The notes below the pieces were generated by a model, which had not been told where the DNA came from, made no database searches, and worked only from the letters and a program-made list of their open reading frames with translations. DNA of 64,000 nucleotides from Candidatus Dormiibacterota bacterium (GTDB taxonomy: Bacteria > Chloroflexota > Dormibacteria > Aeolococcales > Aeolococcaceae): positions 443,988 through 507,987 of the forward strand of contig CAVWEG010000007.1 in assembly GCA_963754015.1 (NCBI GenBank), written 5' to 3'. Both the position numbers and the translations under genes were made by a program. Below are positions 1-11,004 of the stretch, one piece after another (within the stretch, counting starts at the first letter, position 1; each line of letters starts with the position of its first letter).

Positions 1-1382
1 CTGAGGTCTTGCACGATGCTCATCAACATCACTCCGCGTCCCGCGCCCTGCGAGGCCAGGGCGGGAAGATCCTCGATTGGCACGACGTTGGCAAGCTCGT
101 CGAGAAAGAGGCCAAGGCAAGCCGTTCGTCGGCGTTCCGGGAATGCTTCGGCCATCGCGTACGCAGCCGTCACGACCGTCATGAGGATTCCCACGAAAAG
201 GCTCGCGACGCGTTCGGGCGACTGCCTCGGTGTGCACAGATAGAGCGTTCCGCGGGAGCCGAGGAATTCCTCTGCATCGAACCGGCTCGTCATTGCGGAC
301 TCCGCTACTGCGCGCTCCGTGAACACGTTGAAGATGCGCATCACTGTCGAGAAGACCGTCCCACGCTCGCGCTCAGGGCGTTGATCGACGGACGCCAGCA
401 TCGACATCGCACGGACGGGATCCGCGTCGCCAACGTTCGCGGGATCAAGGAGGAGCTCCTCCAACAAGCTCAGCGGCGTCGCGATGTCGAACCCGTGCAC
501 CCACGTGCGAACGTCAACGATCGTCCGTCCGCTGATCGCCGCCACGTACAACAACGGGGCGATCAGCAGTTTCCCGGACTCAGCCCAGTGCGCCCAGTCG
601 TTGTCCCCGCGGCCACCACCTTGCTGCAGCGACGCGCACAACCACGACGCAACAGTCCAGGCTCGGTCGAGATCGTCGCAGCCCGCGATCGGTGACCACG
701 TCACCGTGCGAAATCGTCCCCCGATCTCCCCAGTGGGATCGTAGACGTGCACTGGCCCGAGCGACTGGCGGTATCCCGCGGTGAGCTCGACGAGTTCGCT
801 CTTTGTGCTCGTGGCAATCGCCGGACCATCCCAGTCGAAGAGGTTCGGTATCACGAGGCCCGATGTCTTTCCGGACCGGGTCGGACCGATCACCAGGACG
901 CTCGTCTCGCTCTGTGTGACGAGCTTCCGTCGCCGATGGGTGCCGACGAAGAAAACGCCCACACGTCCACGGTGCGGCCGCATGTCGCGCAGGTCGGCAC
1001 GTCGCGCCCAATGCGCCGTGCGGACGACGCGCTGCCGCGCTGGCCGTCCGAGTCTGTGGCCCGTTGACAGATGCCATGCGCCGAAACCGAAAGCGCACGC
1101 GACGACAACGATCAGTCCCGAAGTTATCCAGAACGCCGAAGCAGACACAGGGCTCTTTGGATCGACGAGCACCCACCATCGGTATGCGCCACCTTCCGAA
1201 CCAACGCGACGGAGAACGCGGGCCGGATCAAGGAAAGCGAACGGCGACGCGCTCGGTCGACCACCCGCCACGAGGGTGGCAACTGTGAGGATCGCCCAGG
1301 GGCAGAGCCAGAGTGCGATGAGTGCACTGGTCGCACGGATGTCACGCCATGTCTGTACTCGGTATGGGTGGGCTGCGGCCAT
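1..1382 (-). CDS. Type IV secretion coupling protein (TraG/VirD4/TrwB-family T4CP); C-terminus lies beyond the window
   Basis: Absent from the ORF track because no stop falls inside the window. My minus-strand translation from ATG 1382-1380 gives MAAAHPYRVQTWRD.... It has two N-terminal hydrophobic helices, Walker A VLVIGPTRSGKTS (about nt 900-862), Walker-B-like LFLDELANV, and ASQGAGRGVMLMSIVQDL at the window edge. Confidence 0.8.
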   Translation of the reverse strand, partial: MAAAHPYRVQTWRDIRATSALIALWLCPWAILTVATLVAGGRPSASPFAFLDPARVLRRVGSEGGAYRWWVLVDPKSPVSASAFWITSGLIVVVACAFGFGAWHLSTGHRLGRPARQRVVRTAHWARRADLRDMRPHRGRVGVFFVGTHRRRKLVTQSETSVLVIGPTRSGKTSGLVIPNLFDWDGPAIATSTKSELVELTAGYRQSLGPVHVYDPTGEIGGRFRTVTWSPIAGCDDLDRAWTVASWLCASLQQGGGRGDNDWAHWAESGKLLIAPLLYVAAISGRTIVDVRTWVHGFDIATPLSLLEELLLDPANVGDADPVRAMSMLASVDQRPERERGTVFSTVMRIFNVFTERAVAESAMTSRFDAEEFLGSRGTLYLCTPRQSPERVASLFVGILMTVVTAAYAMAEAFPERRRTACLGLFLDELANVVPIEDLPALASQGAGRGVMLMSIVQDL

Positions 1383-1567
1383 TGGCACCTTCACTGTCTC
1401 GCGCGGACAAGGACCCAGTCCGGACAAAGGCAGCCGCAGGGTGGTTGTCGAGGGGCGTTCGCGCTATCCAGAAATCGCTGACATCGCGCCTGCGTTGATG
1501 CGGGAACGGCCGATGCCGTTTCTGCGTCGCGCCGGATAGCGGCTGACGTGCGTCAGCTACGACCGCG

Positions 1568-2530
1568 TCAACAGGTACTGGTCGTGCTGAGAATCAGGAT
1601 GATATTCGGCAGGTTGAACAGCGCGTGCGTCAGCACGCCAGGGATGATGCTCCGCGATCCCTGATACAGCAGCGAAAGCACAAGACCCACAAAGAACAGC
1701 GGCAGGAACAGCACCAACTGCTGGTGCAGCGCGGAGAAGATCACCGCGCTGAGCGGCACTGCGAGCACCGCCGGCCCCCATCGATGTAACCAGCCATAGA
1801 TGAAGCCGCGGAAGATGGTTTCTTCAGAGATCGGCGCGATGACGCAGACGACGATGATCGCCAGCAGGTAGTAGTGGCTGTAATCGTGGCGCACGCTCGT
1901 GCACTGACCGTTGCTCACGTTCGGGAAGATGGCCTGGTTGACCTGCTGCAGGTAGTCCGCGCCGATCAGCGCGACGTAGGCGGCGATCGGGACAACAAGC
2001 AACCACCACCAGTGGAATCGTCGCCATCCCAGATCGCGCAACGTTCCCCCTCGGCGCATGAAGCCGAGCACGAAGATGTTGAAGAGCATGCCGCCGTACT
2101 GACACACCGCGAGCACCGACGACTCGATGGCGTTGCGCACGGCCGGATCGTTGGTACCGACCAGGTTCGTGATGATCACCGCCACTGAGCCGAGCAACTG
2201 AAAGGCGCTGAACCACCCGGGCCAGAACATCACGAAGTCGGTCCAGTCCCACGGCACACGTTCATCAGTCGGATCGCGGACCACGGCAACGTCGTGACGC
2301 ATCCGCGTCGCGCCGACGCCAAGAATCACTACGCCGACCACGCAGAGACCGCCGCCACCGGCCACCGTGAGCAGATCGTTCCCCTCAGCGCCGCTCAGAA
2401 AGCCGAACGCGATGAGGACGAGGAACGCAGCCTCCATGTACAGGATGACCCGCGCGGCGTAGTGGCGTCCGGTATCGACCTGGTGTGGCGGCCACTCGGC
2501 GGCCTGCGCTGGCGTCTGGGACTGAGTCAC
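1568..2530 (-). CDS. CPBP-family (CAAX/Abi) intramembrane metalloprotease
   Basis: ORF 1568..2641 carries the motifs SEETIFRG (EExxxR), FSALH (FxxxH) and HALFN (HxxxN) plus multiple TM helices. I moved the start to GTG 2530 because third-position GC collapses upstream, where divergent holB is coding. Confidence 0.8.
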   Translation of the reverse strand: MTQSQTPAQAAEWPPHQVDTGRHYAARVILYMEAAFLVLIAFGFLSGAEGNDLLTVAGGGGLCVVGVVILGVGATRMRHDVAVVRDPTDERVPWDWTDFVMFWPGWFSAFQLLGSVAVIITNLVGTNDPAVRNAIESSVLAVCQYGGMLFNIFVLGFMRRGGTLRDLGWRRFHWWWLLVVPIAAYVALIGADYLQQVNQAIFPNVSNGQCTSVRHDYSHYYLLAIIVVCVIAPISEETIFRGFIYGWLHRWGPAVLAVPLSAVIFSALHQQLVLFLPLFFVGLVLSLLYQGSRSIIPGVLTHALFNLPNIILILSTTSTC

Positions 2531-2557
2531 CGCGGGCAATTCTGCACAATCGGTCGC

Positions 2558-3688
2558 GTGACCACGCTCAACTCCGTGATCGGCCACGGCCCCGTCATTC
2601 AACGCCTCGTGGCGGCCGGGCTCGACGACGAGCTCACCCACGCGCTGCTGCTCATCGGACCGGAGGGCGTTGGCAAGACGACCGCGGCAATGGCGCTGGC
2701 TGCAGCGCTGCTCGACGCCGACACGTGGCCCGGCGGGTTACCCGCGCATCCCGATCTCTGGGTCGAGGACTCGGCATCGGAAAACGTCGGGATCAGCCGC
2801 TTCTCCGCGAATCCCACGCGCAAGGCCGCCGACGAGGGGTTGGGACCGACACTCCAGCAGTTCCTCTCACTCACCGCGTACGCGGGTGGGAACCGGGTGG
2901 CGGTTATCGCTCGAGCCGACCGTCTCACCGAGGACGCCGCCGATAACGTGCTCAAGGTCCTCGAGGAACCGCCGCCCCACGCCTATCTCGTGCTCACGAC
3001 CGCGCATCCCGAGCGCCTGCTCCAGACGGTTCGCTCTCGCTGCCGGACGGTGGTCCTCGGGCCGGTGGACCCGCGGGTGATCGAGAACTGGCTCCAGCGT
3101 GAGCACGGAGTCAGCGAGCACGACGCGACCACAGCCGCGGCCCTGTCCGCCGGGCGGCCCGGGCGAGCGCTTCGCCTTGCCACCGAGCCTGGCGCCCTCG
3201 AGGGCGAGCTCGATGCGCTCGACAGCTTCCTCGGGGCCGGCGGTGGGGGGACGGCTGCAGCGCTTCGAACAGCTGGCGCGGTGGTCGCCGCGGCGTCCAC
3301 CGACACCGAGCGCCTGGCCCAGGCCCGCGAGAAGGCGCTGGTCACGCTTGGCGCCTGGGCCTCCTTCGTGCGCGACGCCGCCTGCTTCGCGGCCGGGGCG
3401 CCCGAGCTCGCCGTGTGGAAGGCCTACCGGCCCGCACTCGAACGATGGGCCGAGCATCTCGACCTCACCAGGATCGTGGAGATCCTGGCGCGCATACTCG
3501 AAACCGCGGAGGCGGTCGCGACCTATGCGCAGCCTAGGTTGGCCTTCGAGGCGCTGTTGCTCGATATCTTCGCCGGGCAGGGCAGCCCGCCAAGCGTCGA
3601 CCCGGTGTCCCGCGACGGGATCGAGGTCAGTGCCGGCGGCGCAGCACGAGGAAAGTCACGCCGATCCCCATCAGCGCGACGGGGATAA
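2558..3688 (+). CDS. holB: DNA polymerase III subunit delta-prime
   Basis: ORF 2294..3688, start placed at in-frame GTG 2558 (VTTLNSVIGHG). It has the clamp-loader AAA+ motifs LLIGPEGVGKTT, LKVLEEPP and the SRC motif TVRSRCR. The last ~20 codons have low GC3. Confidence 0.8.
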   Translation: MTTLNSVIGHGPVIQRLVAAGLDDELTHALLLIGPEGVGKTTAAMALAAALLDADTWPGGLPAHPDLWVEDSASENVGISRFSANPTRKAADEGLGPTLQQFLSLTAYAGGNRVAVIARADRLTEDAADNVLKVLEEPPPHAYLVLTTAHPERLLQTVRSRCRTVVLGPVDPRVIENWLQREHGVSEHDATTAAALSAGRPGRALRLATEPGALEGELDALDSFLGAGGGGTAAALRTAGAVVAAASTDTERLAQAREKALVTLGAWASFVRDAACFAAGAPELAVWKAYRPALERWAEHLDLTRIVEILARILETAEAVATYAQPRLAFEALLLDIFAGQGSPPSVDPVSRDGIEVSAGGAARGKSRRSPSARRG

Positions 3689-3860
3689 GCCAGGGCTTCG
3701 CCGTTGTCAGGCCCGCGAAGCGCTGAGCCATACCGCTCGGGGGCGTCTCGTCGATCTCGAACGGGTCCTCGGTCATCAGTCGGACGGTTCCGGCGACCCG
3801 GCGCGGGGCCTCCTCATCGTCCGCGGAGTCATCGAACCTTCTCGGCTCTGGTGTTGGCAT
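3627..3860 (-). CDS. Small tail-anchored membrane protein (77 aa), hypothetical
   Basis: This is the C-terminal part of track ORF 3627..4697: MPTPEPRRFDDSADDEE...KPWLIPVALMGIGVTFLVLRRRH. It has an acidic N-terminus, a single C-terminal TM helix and high GC3. The start could instead be ATG 3776. Confidence 0.4.
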   Translation of the reverse strand: MPTPEPRRFDDSADDEEAPRRVAGTVRLMTEDPFEIDETPPSGMAQRFAGLTTAKPWLIPVALMGIGVTFLVLRRRH

Positions 3861-4037
3861 CCACGCATTATGGGCGCGTCCGACAGGGCTCCCGGAAGGG
3901 CGGAATGCTTCGTGCCTCGCCTCCGGTCCCGGGGCGAACGTATTCTGGTGCGGTGATCCGGGCCTTCCACCGATCTGAACGATGAGTTCGGAGACGGCTG
4001 TCCGGCGACTTGTGCTCGAGGCCGTCGCGGCGCGCAC

Positions 4038-5348
4038 TTGACCGCGCGCAACCTGCCGGCCAACTTCATGCTCGGCTGCGCGACCGCGGCGCATCAGGTT
4101 GAGGGCGGCACCGACAACGACTGGTCGCACTGGACCGCCGCGCATCCGGAAGCGATCGCGGGCGGCGGCGATGCGACCGTCGCGATCGATCACTACCATC
4201 GCTATCGCGAGGACCTCACCCAGCTGGCGGCGATGCACCAGACAGCGCACCGATTCTCGATCGAGTGGTCGCGCGTCGAGCCCGAGTCGGGACGTTTCGA
4301 CGCTACTGCGCTTGCGCATTACGCCGATGTCGTCCGCACGTGTCGAGAGCTCGGCATGGAACCGGTGGTGACGCTCCATCACTTCACGCTGCCGCAGTGG
4401 CTTGCGGCAACTGGGGGCGTCACGTCGCCCGACGCGCCAGCGCGATTCGCCCGCTATGTGGCGGCGTGTGTCGAGGCGTTCGGCGACATGGTCACGTGGT
4501 GGATCACCATCAATGAAGCGGCGGTGGTCGCGGCGCTCGGCTATCTCGAAGGAATTTGGCCTCCAGGAGAGCGCTCGCTGCGCCGCGCAATGCACGCGCT
4601 CGAGGGACTTCTGCGCATGCATGCGGCAGGAGCGCAGGCGATCAATACCGTCGCGGCGCAGCACGGTCGCGAGGCGCAGATATCGGTCGCGCATCACGAA
4701 CGGCGGCTGGTACCGAATACGCCGGGGTCACGCATCGAGAAGACTCTGGCTGCGCTCCCCGACTATCTCCTCAATCGCTGGTTCCTGCGCTCGTGTGTCG
4801 CGGGAAAAGTGCTGGCGCCGATCGGGCATGGTGAGGTGCTCCCGGGCCTCGCCGGGTCCCTGACGTATCTCGGCGTCAACCATTACGCCAACGAGGCGGT
4901 CTCACTCGACCTGCGCGCTCCGGGAATGCTCTTCACCAAACACCAGGCGGTGCCTGGATATCCCCTGTCCGCCACCGGCTGGGCGATCGATCCGGCCGCA
5001 TTGCGCAGCGCGCTCACCAGTCTGTGGGACGAGTTCGGCCTGCCGATCATGATCACGGAGAACGGCGTTGCCGACGATCACGACGAGCTGCGGCCCGAGT
5101 ATCTGCGCACGCACCTCACCGCGGTCGCCGACGCAATCGATGCCGGGGTCGACGTGCTCGGCTACCTCTACTGGACGGCCTGGGACAACTTCGAGTGGGC
5201 TGAGGGCTACACGAAACGTTTCGGTCTCTTCGCCGTCGATCGCGAGACACTTGAACGAGTTGCGAAGCCGAGTGCGGCGCTGTACGCGGAGATATGCCGC
5301 ACCCGATCCATACCCGACGCCGAACCGGCTACGCGATCGGGAGCGTGA
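4038..5348 (+). CDS. GH1-family beta-glucosidase
   Basis: 436-aa ORF with GH1 signatures: AAHQVEGG near the N-terminus, acid/base TINE(A), nucleophile ITENG, and WDNFEW near the C-terminus. Confidence 0.9.
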   Translation: MTARNLPANFMLGCATAAHQVEGGTDNDWSHWTAAHPEAIAGGGDATVAIDHYHRYREDLTQLAAMHQTAHRFSIEWSRVEPESGRFDATALAHYADVVRTCRELGMEPVVTLHHFTLPQWLAATGGVTSPDAPARFARYVAACVEAFGDMVTWWITINEAAVVAALGYLEGIWPPGERSLRRAMHALEGLLRMHAAGAQAINTVAAQHGREAQISVAHHERRLVPNTPGSRIEKTLAALPDYLLNRWFLRSCVAGKVLAPIGHGEVLPGLAGSLTYLGVNHYANEAVSLDLRAPGMLFTKHQAVPGYPLSATGWAIDPAALRSALTSLWDEFGLPIMITENGVADDHDELRPEYLRTHLTAVADAIDAGVDVLGYLYWTAWDNFEWAEGYTKRFGLFAVDRETLERVAKPSAALYAEICRTRSIPDAEPATRSGA

Positions 5349-6588
5349 CCGCCTCCGCTGCTTCCCCATAAGCAGGGCCGGCCTCACCCGCCGGAGGTCC
5401 AACAGCCGGTGGCTCCCACTGCTCCTTCCGCGTCATGAGATATGCCGCAGCAATCGCGCTCATCAAGGCCGCAAGACCAAGCAACAGCCGGTAGTCGATG
5501 ATCGCGACGAGCCCTGCCCCGAGACCGATCGAGACCGTCTGCGGCACACCGATCAACGTGTCGAAGGCCGAGTACACACGCCCCTGAATCTCCATCGGCG
5601 TTCGACGTTGTGTGAGCGTGTACAGCCCGACGAGGATCCACGGCAGGGATGCGCCGACGAACGCGACGCCGATGAGCACCGTCGGAATCGTCGGAACGAT
5701 GAGCAGCACTGAGCACACCGTGAAGAGGATGCAGCCCAGTCCGAAGAGCGCTCCTTCATTGGTGCGCTTGAGGATCGCTCCGGCCGTCAATCCGCCGGCA
5801 ATCGCACCGACACCTTGCACGGTCGCGAGGATGCCGAGGAACGTCGGTGGTCGATGCAGACCGTTGCCCACAACGGCGAACGCGATCGTCTCGTAGAAGC
5901 CGAACGGGACGATAACCAGCAGGCACGCGATGAGCATCTGGCGTAGCACTGTTGTCTTCACTGCGTGGCGCACGCCGGCGGTCACCTCCGTGAACCAGTG
6001 GTGCTCACTACGCACGGGCTTGACCTCCGTGAGGCGCAGCGAAAACGTTGCCGCCGCCGCGACAAGGAACGTGCACGCGTCGACAATCGCGACGGCACCG
6101 CCGCCTTTCCACGCGAACAATCCCGCCCCGGCGACCGGGCCGACCAGCCGGATTCCCTGACGGAACGTCTGCAACATCCCGTTGGCGTTGCCGAGCAACT
6201 CCTCAGGGAGCATCTCGCGCAACAGCGCCAACTCTCCCGAGCCGAGCACGCCGTAGGCGAGCCCGTACATGAGCATCACGACATAGATCAGCCACACCTG
6301 GTCGCGCCCATGGACGAGCAGGAGCAGGAGTACGCCGGCGCCGAGCGCCAGGTCGGTCGCGACGATGAGTGGACGTTTCTTGACACGGTCGACGAGCATG
6401 CCGGCGGCAGGGGCGAGCGCCGACGGTGCGCTGAATGCGAAGAAGACGAGGCCTGCGGCGGCGTTGCTGTTGGTGAGGCTCTTCACCCAGATGCCCGCTG
6501 CGAGCCAGAGGGCTGTGTCTCCGAAGACCGACAGCAACTGGCCGATGAGATATCGACGCCCGTTGCGGTCAGCGAGGAGCGCGCGCAC
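5329..6588 (-). CDS. MFS transporter
   Basis: 419-aa ORF with about 12 hydrophobic helices. The N-terminus MRALLADRNGRRYLIGQLLSVFGDTALWLA is typical of an MFS family. Confidence 0.85.
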   Translation of the reverse strand: MRALLADRNGRRYLIGQLLSVFGDTALWLAAGIWVKSLTNSNAAAGLVFFAFSAPSALAPAAGMLVDRVKKRPLIVATDLALGAGVLLLLLVHGRDQVWLIYVVMLMYGLAYGVLGSGELALLREMLPEELLGNANGMLQTFRQGIRLVGPVAGAGLFAWKGGGAVAIVDACTFLVAAAATFSLRLTEVKPVRSEHHWFTEVTAGVRHAVKTTVLRQMLIACLLVIVPFGFYETIAFAVVGNGLHRPPTFLGILATVQGVGAIAGGLTAGAILKRTNEGALFGLGCILFTVCSVLLIVPTIPTVLIGVAFVGASLPWILVGLYTLTQRRTPMEIQGRVYSAFDTLIGVPQTVSIGLGAGLVAIIDYRLLLGLAALMSAIAAAYLMTRKEQWEPPAVGPPAGEAGPAYGEAAEAVTLPIA

Positions 6589-6619
6589 CGATCAGACCGG
6601 TGGGCGTGGTGGGCACGGC

Positions 6620-6643
6620 GGAGGCACGGATGCGCGTGCCTCC
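6620..6643 (-). other. 9-bp GC-rich hairpin between the micro-ORF and the MFS gene
   Basis: ggaggcacg-gatgcg-cgtgcctcc forms a perfect 9-bp stem with a 6-nt loop. No U-tract follows on the transcribed (minus) strand. Confidence 0.35.
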
Positions 6644-6662
6644 GCACGCTGCCGGTGCAGCA

Positions 6663-6809
6663 TCAGCTGCGGTCACGGCGTTCGGCCCATGCGGTGAGCA
6701 TGGTCGAGACGCGCTGCAGGACCTTGCGATTCAAGCTGTCGTGCTCGATGCAATCGTTGCGATGGCGCTCGATCGAACGAGCGAGCTCCATGTTCTGCAG
6801 GTTTGTCAT
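6663..6809 (-). CDS. Hypothetical 48-aa protein (below the track size cutoff)
   Basis: My translation is MTNLQNMELARSIERHRNDCIEHDSLNRKVLQRVSTMLTAWAERRDRS. AAAGGAGG lies 7 nt upstream of the ATG within an AT-rich leader, and GC3 is high. It sits between the HTH regulator and the MFS gene on the same strand. Confidence 0.45.
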   Translation of the reverse strand: MTNLQNMELARSIERHRNDCIEHDSLNRKVLQRVSTMLTAWAERRDRS

Positions 6810-6856
6810 GGCGTGTACCTCCTTTTATTTCTATTTCTTGATTGGTGATTCGGCGC

Positions 6857-7492
6857 TCAGCGAGCGCGATGTGGTGGGCGGGGGTAGGCGAAGAAGAGCA
6901 GCTCGATCGGGATGGATCCCTTCGGTCGCTTCTTGGGATTGCCGATGCGTTCCACGTACTTGCGGGCCATCGCCGTCATGCTCGCGTCGATCTCGCGAAG
7001 CTCTTCCGGCGTGATGTAGAGCAGGAACTCACTCGCGCCGGTTGTCTTCTGCCACTCGGCGGAGACCTCGCGCCGCAGCTCGAGGCCCTCCTTCAGCCGC
7101 TCGAGGTAGAAGTCGTGAAGGACGCGACTGAGGGCATTCGCCGCCAGGCGGGTCTCCGCATCGTCACTGACATCGGAGTAGCTCATGCCGGCGTTCACGA
7201 GCCGCCACGGGCGCTTGCGACCGGCGACGCCGGCGACCTCCTCGATGAACCCGTACTTCGCAAGCTGGCGAAGGTGGAACGAGCAGGTCGTCGGGCTCTC
7301 GCCGATGAGCTCGCCTGCCTCCGTTGCGGTCAGCGGACCCTCAGTCCCGAGCACCTCGAGCAGCGCGATCCGGATCGGGTGGGCCACCGCCCGCATCGCC
7401 CGGGGGTCGGTGAGCTTGCGCGGTTCGTCGCTGGCGATATGGGGCGCCGGGCCGTCGTCCTGAGGAGTGGAGACATTGCTTTCGAGATCCAT
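6857..7492 (-). CDS. Winged-helix (ArsR/HTH_20-like) transcriptional regulator
   Basis: This is the C-terminal 211 aa of ORF 6857..8029, starting MDLESNVSTPQ. The HTH core is AVAHPIRIALLEVLGTEGPLTATEAGELIGESPTTCSFHLRQLAKYGFIEE. The upstream part of the track ORF is antisense to the riboswitch and thiC. Confidence 0.8.
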   Translation of the reverse strand: MDLESNVSTPQDDGPAPHIASDEPRKLTDPRAMRAVAHPIRIALLEVLGTEGPLTATEAGELIGESPTTCSFHLRQLAKYGFIEEVAGVAGRKRPWRLVNAGMSYSDVSDDAETRLAANALSRVLHDFYLERLKEGLELRREVSAEWQKTTGASEFLLYITPEELREIDASMTAMARKYVERIGNPKKRPKGSIPIELLFFAYPRPPHRAR

Positions 7493-7502
7493 GTATCGAA
7501 GT

Positions 7503-7520
7503 ATATCTATCGAGAGATAT
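7503..7520. promoter_or_regulatory. Imperfect 18-bp palindrome, candidate operator in a divergent promoter region
   Basis: ATATCTaTCGAgAGATAT has one mismatched pair. It lies in a locally AT-rich stretch 11 nt upstream of the HTH regulator start and upstream of the thiC riboswitch. Confidence 0.3.
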
Positions 7521-7559
7521 CTCTGCAAGCCTCGGTTGGTGCTTTGTGACCAGCGCGGT

Positions 7560-9429
<1,870 letters not shown>

Positions 9430-9584
9430 GGGGAATGCGCGGGGCTGACGAACCGCGTTGATCGAAGCGCGGCATCGTTTCGAATGGCGGCTACCATCCC
9501 CAATCCGAAACGGCATACTTGCGCGACCTCGGTCGGGTCGGCATCCTCGCCAAAGGCCCCCGAGCGTCCCGGATGGAGGTTGGC

Positions 9585-9851
9585 ATGCCAAAACTGGTCA
9601 TGACTCACGCTGTCGCCGACGTTGAGCGCTGGCTCAAGGGCAAGGACGAGCGTGCCGCGGCTATCGGCAGTGTTGCCACGAACGTGACGGATCATGTCGC
9701 GGCCGACGGCAGCAACAACGTCGCCATCACCGCCGACGTCCACGACGCGGAGGCCGCGCAGGCGATGGTCAATTCGCCCTCGCCTGAAACGGTTGCGTTG
9801 ATGCAGAGCCACGGCGTCATTCCTCCGGTGACCACCTACATCGAGAAGTAG
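9585..9851 (+). CDS. Hypothetical 88-aa protein
   Basis: In-frame ATG within ORF 9519..9851, preceded by GGAGG. Sequence begins MPKLVMTHAVADVERWLKGKDERAAAIGS.... No family recognised. Confidence 0.6.
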   Translation: MPKLVMTHAVADVERWLKGKDERAAAIGSVATNVTDHVAADGSNNVAITADVHDAEAAQAMVNSPSPETVALMQSHGVIPPVTTYIEK

Positions 9852-9970
9852 TCGAAGAGCCGGGTTTGTCGCCCGGTTCTCCAGCCGGCTGTGGGGCGGG
9901 GCGTGTCGCGCATTCGTCCTCACAGCCGGATGCCCTCGGTAGAGTGGTGTGACGTGAGGCGAGCACACCG

Positions 9971-10772
9971 ATGATTCGACGACGCCGGCCGGCCGTTGCC
10001 GCCGCCGGTGTGGCGACCCTCGCCGCCGCGGTGGCGCTTCCCCTCTGGACGCTCGCCTCGGCCGGCGCCGCTCATTCAGCACCCGTGCTGCCGACAAACG
10101 CCCCCGTGCTGTACGTCGCCGACAGCCGCGGCGGCGACGACCTCCATTCCCGCCGACACCGGGTCGGTCTCCCTAAACGCGCCGATCATCAAGCAGGACC
10201 TGGCGCTCGACTGTGAGTCCGCCGCCCTGGAGGTGGCGCTTGCCGTCCAGGGCATCCACGCGAACCAGGACCAGATCTACGACAGCCTGCCGCTCGATAC
10301 GCGCCCCGTCCAGCTCGGGCTCGGACGGTTATCCGGCGCGCTGGGGAGATCCATTTGTCGACTTCGTCGGCGATGTCAACGGCTACGAGCCGAGCTATAC
10401 CGGCTATGGCGTGTACTACCCACCGATCGTTGCCGCGGCAGCAGCGCTACGGCGCGACTGCGACAGGTGGGCTCGGCTGGACCGTTCCCGAGGTCGTCCA
10501 GCAGCTTCGCGAGGGCAACTCGGTGGTGGTCTGGCTGACCTCGGACTTCAAGGCGCACACGCCGCGCTACTGGACTGCCTGGGACGGTCGGCAGATTCCC
10601 GTGGGCGGTCGGCGAGCATGCGGTGCCGGTGATCGGCTACGACCCCGTCGCTGAGACCGTGACGGTGGTCGACGTGCTCTACGGGGTGGAGCGGACGCTG
10701 ACCACGACGCAGTTCGCGGCCGCGATGACGACGTTCGGCGGCATGGCTGTCGCGGTGGCTCCCCCGGCCTGA
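9971..10772 (+). pseudogene. Secreted peptidase C39-like (YvpB-type) protein, disrupted by four frameshifts
   Basis: The coding signal hops across track ORFs 9971 (signal peptide), 9996 (LNAPIIKQDLALDCESAAL), 10213 (GDPFVDFVGDVNGYEPSYTGYGVYYPPIV) and 10355 (GWTVPEVVQQLREGNSVVVWLTSDF). An untracked last segment reads WAVGEHAVPVIGYD...AVAPPA and stops at 10770-10772. Confidence 0.7.
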
Positions 10773-11004
10773 CCTGCGCGCGCGATGAGCGGAGTCCTGT
10801 GGGCGCGGCAACGCAGGCGTACGCGCCGCTCATGGTTCATGAGCCGCCGTCGTCCGCAGATCCGCCAAGCGCACCTGTCGCCCTGGGCGCTGTGCGCCAC
10901 GTACGAAGGTATGCGCCGATTCGTCACTCGGTCGAATTCTCGACCTGGTCTAGAATCGCAACAACGCGTCGAGCTTGTGCGCGCAGCCCAGTGGGAGGCC
11001 GACA

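Noticed and set aside
9852-9970. Hairpins after the 88-aa ORF (ccggg-tttgtcg-cccgg at about 9862-9878; ccggctgtg-N27-cacagccgg at about 9886-9930), considered as a terminator or riboregulator
   Set aside because: The stems are short or have large loops, there is no U-tract, and I recognised no motif. That is too weak to call as features.
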